A DNA stretch of 63,853 nt, from assembly GCA_013239625.1 (NCBI GenBank), contig MU053758.1:2852001-2915853 (forward strand). The letters are read 5' to 3'. The notes beneath the pieces were generated by a model. That model did not search any database, was not told the DNA's origin, and was given only the letters and a program-made list of their open reading frames with translations. Source of the DNA: Lama guanicoe. Taxonomy: Eukaryota. Shown here one piece after another: positions 59,701 through 63,853 of this stretch. A program made the position numbers and the translations under genes. The number at the start of each line of letters is the position of its first letter. Positions within the stretch are counted from its first letter, which is position 1.

Positions 59701-60629
59701 TGGAGGCCTGGGAGGGTGGCACTTCCCCTTCCAGTGGGAAGTCCTATGGGGGCACTTGTGGCCACTTCTCTGACGGAGAACGGGGGGGGGGAGGGGTGTT
59801 CCCTAGTGATTCCTCTTTCTCTCCCCGCAGTAGGCTGCTCGAGGTGGGGACAGGGTCCTTCCAAACGGATCAGCAGGCTGGGATGGGGCTTGTGGCTGTG
59901 CAGGGGCTTGGGGTCTCTGTAGAGGGAGAGTGGTTCAGATCTTGCCCCGTTGGAACAAGAATGCGGGCTTTCCTGGCTCCTCCAGCCTGGGCCAGGAGAA
60001 AGAAGCTCGAGTCTGAGAGTCCCATATCATGTAGGGGTGCTCCTGGGCGCCCCCTTCTCGGCTTTTGCAAGATCCTAACTGCCCCTGCCCTTTTTGGGGA
60101 AGAGTACTGGGGGTTGCTAAGAGGTTGGGCTGGGCCAGAGTCCCTCCGACCCACTTGAGCTAGAGCAGTGTTTGGGGGAAGAGGAGAGGAGGTGTACTCG
60201 ACGGCGGTGTACCTGCTATTGCACTTCTTTTTTTTGCCGGTAAGAAGATTAAGATTCAGAAAAAGGAAGCGACTTGTTCAAGGTCACACACACAGCTCTC
60301 AGTTCCAACGGGTTCCTGGAGGAGGTTTATAATTGTACGAGTCAGGGGCCTGACAGCTAGGGCTGGGGTCACTGTATTCACTTCCATATTACGTCGCCGA
60401 GGTCTCTAACCACGGTTTAGGTGTGAGGGGTGTGTGTGTGTGTGATCTGTGCCCCTGTGAGTGTGGGTGTGTGTGGTTGGGGGGAGGGGAGTGGGATACC
60501 CCACACTGCAGTCCTTTCTCCACCGAGCCTCCTCTCCATACTTTGCGCAGAACTTCACCCCCTCCTCGCTCTGAATCTCCTTTTGGGGCAGAAGGAGGGA
60601 TTCTCCCAGTTTCCCACGGTCCAGCCTTC

Positions 60630-61530
60630 AGCTAGGCGCGGCTCCTTTAAGACTCACCCTTTCCCTGGGTCTATCAGGGAGGGAGGGGGAGCGTGAGCTT
60701 GTGAGTCCGCCTCTGGCTGGTGATTGGCCGGTGGGCGGATGGGGGCGGGCCCGAGGGTGAGGGCCTCCCCGCTGCTCGGTACCCTCCGCCCCCCTAGTCT
60801 GGGGCTCCGGGTAAAGTTTCAGCCTCCGCACGTGACTCGCCATGGCCGCTGCCTGCGCCCCGCGCCCCTGAGCCGCGGCCCCCCAGACCGCTCCTCTCCC
60901 TGGACCCCGCAACTCCTGACGTGGAGCAGCTCCAAACGCAGGGTCAGTGCAGACGCCGTGCCCGCGGGCGACCCGGACGGATTGCGTCCCCTCCTGCGAG
61001 GTAACCTCTCCCCCCGGGATTTTGGAGAGCCTCGGGCTCCCGGAGGCGTCGGGGTCCCTTGGCTTACTCCTGATAGGATCTTCGGGCTGGGACCGGGTGC
61101 TGGGGGGGTTCCGACGGGAACCTGGGGTTTCCTGGGCTTCCCAACCCGCCGCCTCTGTGCCCAGGATGGGGGAGCCCCGACTGTGCGTCTGTCTGCGCCG
61201 GTGTCTTCGCGCGCAGCCGTGAGGCGTCTGGGGCAGTCTGCCGCTTGTGTCTCCCGCGCCCGAGCTCTGGCAGAACTGCCGCTGGGAACTCCTTCTCTCT
61301 CTCGCTTTTCCCTTCACAAACAAGCAAAACAAAAAGACTTTCAAACCTGTTTGGGGAGAGATCGGATGCCCAACGGACTAGCCTCCTCCTCCTTTCCCTC
61401 CTGTTACCTGAGCCGCCCTGTGGTTTGGGGAGAATCAGCCCGGGGGCCCACCCCCATTCAGAGGCTGGGGGGCGGGGCTCATTCAGCTGGTGTCCCCCGT
61501 GGAGTGCGGGGAGCCGTCAGAATTGGGTAC
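60630..61530. promoter_or_regulatory. RARA: RARA (RAR-alpha1-type) CpG-island promoter
   Basis: Inverted CCAAT (ATTGG at 60723), tandem GC boxes at 60733-60750, and E-box CACGTG at 60829. TATA-less and CpG-dense. Confidence 0.8.
60795..61000 (+). other. RARA: RARA alternative non-coding first exon (start approximate)
   Basis: AGTCTGGGGCTCCGGGTAAAGTTTCAGCCTCCGCACGTGACTCG... matches the recalled human RARA alternative exon 1. Strong donor GAG|GTAACC at 61000/61001. Confidence 0.72.
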
Positions 61531-63853
61531 GGGAACCAGTGCAGCCAGGGGAGGGATGTCTCTGCGTCTGGTGTTACCATGGGGTTGTGGGAGCTTTGAG
61601 GGGTGAGGGGAGGAAGGAATAGATTGGTCGTCTTTGCTCTGCGGAGGGTGTGTGGGACCTGGTGCCACCCACGAGGCGGGGGAAGCTGCTAGCCAGATGT
61701 GTATGTGGGAGGGGGACGTTGGAAAATCTGCTTGGCAATGCCTCTTCTTCCTGGGCATTGCCCTATTGTCAGGCTACTCCGTCGGAAGAGGGATGGGCCC
61801 TCAGTGTGCTAGGCTGGGGATGGGGGCCGAATCATGTGGAAAACAGACAAGGAAAGCCCCCCGGTCTTGGGGACACTTCTCCATCATCCACCCTATCTTG
61901 GATAGGATGCCTATGTGCTGGCGTGGAGGGGTACCCCTGGCCCCCACCTAGTGCCATTTTCCTCTTCTGTAACCAGATTGCTTTCTACCTGTGAGATGTG
62001 TGCACATGTATGTGTGTGTATGTTCTCAGAGAGCCTTGTTCCTGCGAACACTCCCCCACTCCCTGCTGCTTACCCCCAACCCTCACCTCTGCTCCTGATC
62101 ACCGTCCCTCCTCCAGTTTCCTGGTTGGGAGATTTAAGAATGTCTCTTGTCTCCTTCCCTGGCTGCCTGGTCCTGGTCGTAGAGCAGGGTTGTTCTGGGG
62201 AAGTGGTTCAGTAAGGACACCAGGTCTTGCTAGGAAGTGGGCTCAGGCCCCAAACTCTCCTCCAGGGCCTGCTGTTTGATGGGGAGGCTGGGCCGGGGAA
62301 GCCCCATGTTGCAGTGGAGGAGGGGGTGGCTTGGAGCCTTGGGGCTTCCCCTGTGAGGGATGGAGATGAGTCTGGGGGAGGGAACAAGAGAAAGAATATT
62401 TGGAGCTGGAGGGAGGAGGGGGCAGTTGTGGAGTCAGGGAGTTTGTGGCTATGAAAGATGTTGGTGCTCTGGGAGGGGCTAGGACATCCGTTCTGCCTGA
62501 GAGTCTGGGTCATGCTGGTCCTGAGGCAGAGTGGTCACTGGGGTCAGATGTGCGGAGGCCCTTGGGAGATGAGGCTCTTGAATTTGGAGGGACTTTGAGG
62601 GTGTGAGTGAGTGTGCGTGAGGTGGTCACCTCGGGAGTCTCCTGCCATGCTGGTGAGGGCAGGACAGATGGCAGTTCTGAGAAGACCCTGGGTTTGGAAT
62701 GGCTTAATCCTGGCCATCTCCTCTTATAGTCCCTAAATCTCCCGGTCCTTCAGGTTGACCCCAAATGCCCCTGCTATCACTCTGGGAAACCTCTCTGGTC
62801 TCCCTCTGACTCCCACACATGTGGCAGCCTGGCAGGAAGCTCGCTGTGGGCAGCCCCATCCTGATCCCCCCATGCCTCCCCCGCTGGGCACAGTCACCCA
62901 CATGTGCCATGACGTGGTTCCTGCCACCTCTTCTGTTGTGGGGAAAAGGGCATTGTCTGAGTGGCCCTTCAGGTCTGTTTGGGGGGCATTGACCCAGACC
63001 TCAGTTAATTAGCTCCTCTTCCTCTAAATCATTTGGTCTTGGAAGCTGTCTCTGCCTTCTGGGACCTCCCCCTCCACCCCAGCCCCCCACTGCTTGCTCA
63101 GATTCAAGGTCTTAGGTGGGGTGGTCATCAGAGCTATGTGACAAGGTGGGGCCTGCCCCCAAGTAAAACCTCAGTGCCCCGTTCCCTGTCCTGTGGGTGG
63201 CATGGGCAGGGCAGGCCCTAGACTAGGCGGTATGGGTGGGTGTGTTTGGGACTCTGTGGGGTCCACTGAGGAGCACTGTCTGGGATCAGGAGTTATGGGC
63301 ATCTGGGGAAGGTAATTTTATCCCCGTGATGAGTAAATGGGGTCATCTCCACTCTCCCAGTGCCCCACACCCTTTCTAATGGTAGTGATTTGGGGAGTGT
63401 GGGAAGCTGGCAGGGCCCCTGGCAAAATGGCCAGGGTTGTCTTGACTTACTGGGTTTTGGGAAAGGAGTGTGGCAGCTGATACCCCAGTTCCCAAGGCTT
63501 TGGCTACACGTCGTCCTCTCTGACGCCTGCTGTCTCCCCCCTCTCTTCCCCTCTCCTCCCTCTGGCTGCTGTACGGAGCCCACAGGGTTTGTGGGGGGAT
63601 GTGGGGTGGGGGTGAAGGCCTGGATCTCCGTGTGTGTCCAGGCAGTGTTCTGGGGATTGGCAGGATTGGCTGAGGGAGTCTGGGCATCCCTGCAGGGTGG
63701 GCGGCATGCGAGGACCAGGCTCAGAGTGTGAGAATGTGTCAGTGTCGGTGTGTCTGTCCCGTCTGGCTCGGGCGTGGGTGTCTCTTGCTCGTCTGGCTCT
63801 TGCCTCCCGCTCCAGTCCCCGCCCCCCCTCCTCAGCTGGGACCGCCTGCTTGC

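Noticed and set aside
60628-61599. 238-aa and 291-aa ORFs over the RARA CpG island (similarly at 36500-37200)
   Set aside because: GC-rich DNA is stop-poor. The translations are low-complexity R/G/P/A with no domain and ignore the splice donor at 61001.

Overview
Mammalian genomic DNA, most likely from a camelid, judged by recurrent tRNA-derived Vic-1-type SINEs. It carries the conserved WIPF2-CDC6-RARA gene order, all on the + strand. The window starts inside WIPF2 intron 1. It contains all seven WIPF2 coding exons (14295-29279; 1320 nt, 439 aa, with one 164-nt N run inside exon 5) and a 3'UTR of about 4 kb. Next come the CDC6 CpG-island/E2F promoter and 11 coding exons (37730-46342; 1683 nt, 560 aa). 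Two non-coding RARA first exons and their promoters follow (about 51.9 kb and 60.8-61.0 kb); RARA coding exons lie beyond the window. The rest is intronic or intergenic DNA with SINEs, L1, L2, MIR, hAT (MER20, MER58, MER5-like) elements and microsatellites, plus eight N runs of 132-244 nt. I found no prokaryotic-type system (CRISPR, defence or retroelement operon) and no unexplained long coding region. I cannot support a claim of a new biological system. The best second-look candidates are translational-control uORFs in all three genes, an oriented set of CTCF motifs, compact enhancer-like motif clusters and nested transposon structures. Comparisons with human orthologues come from memory and need alignment to confirm.
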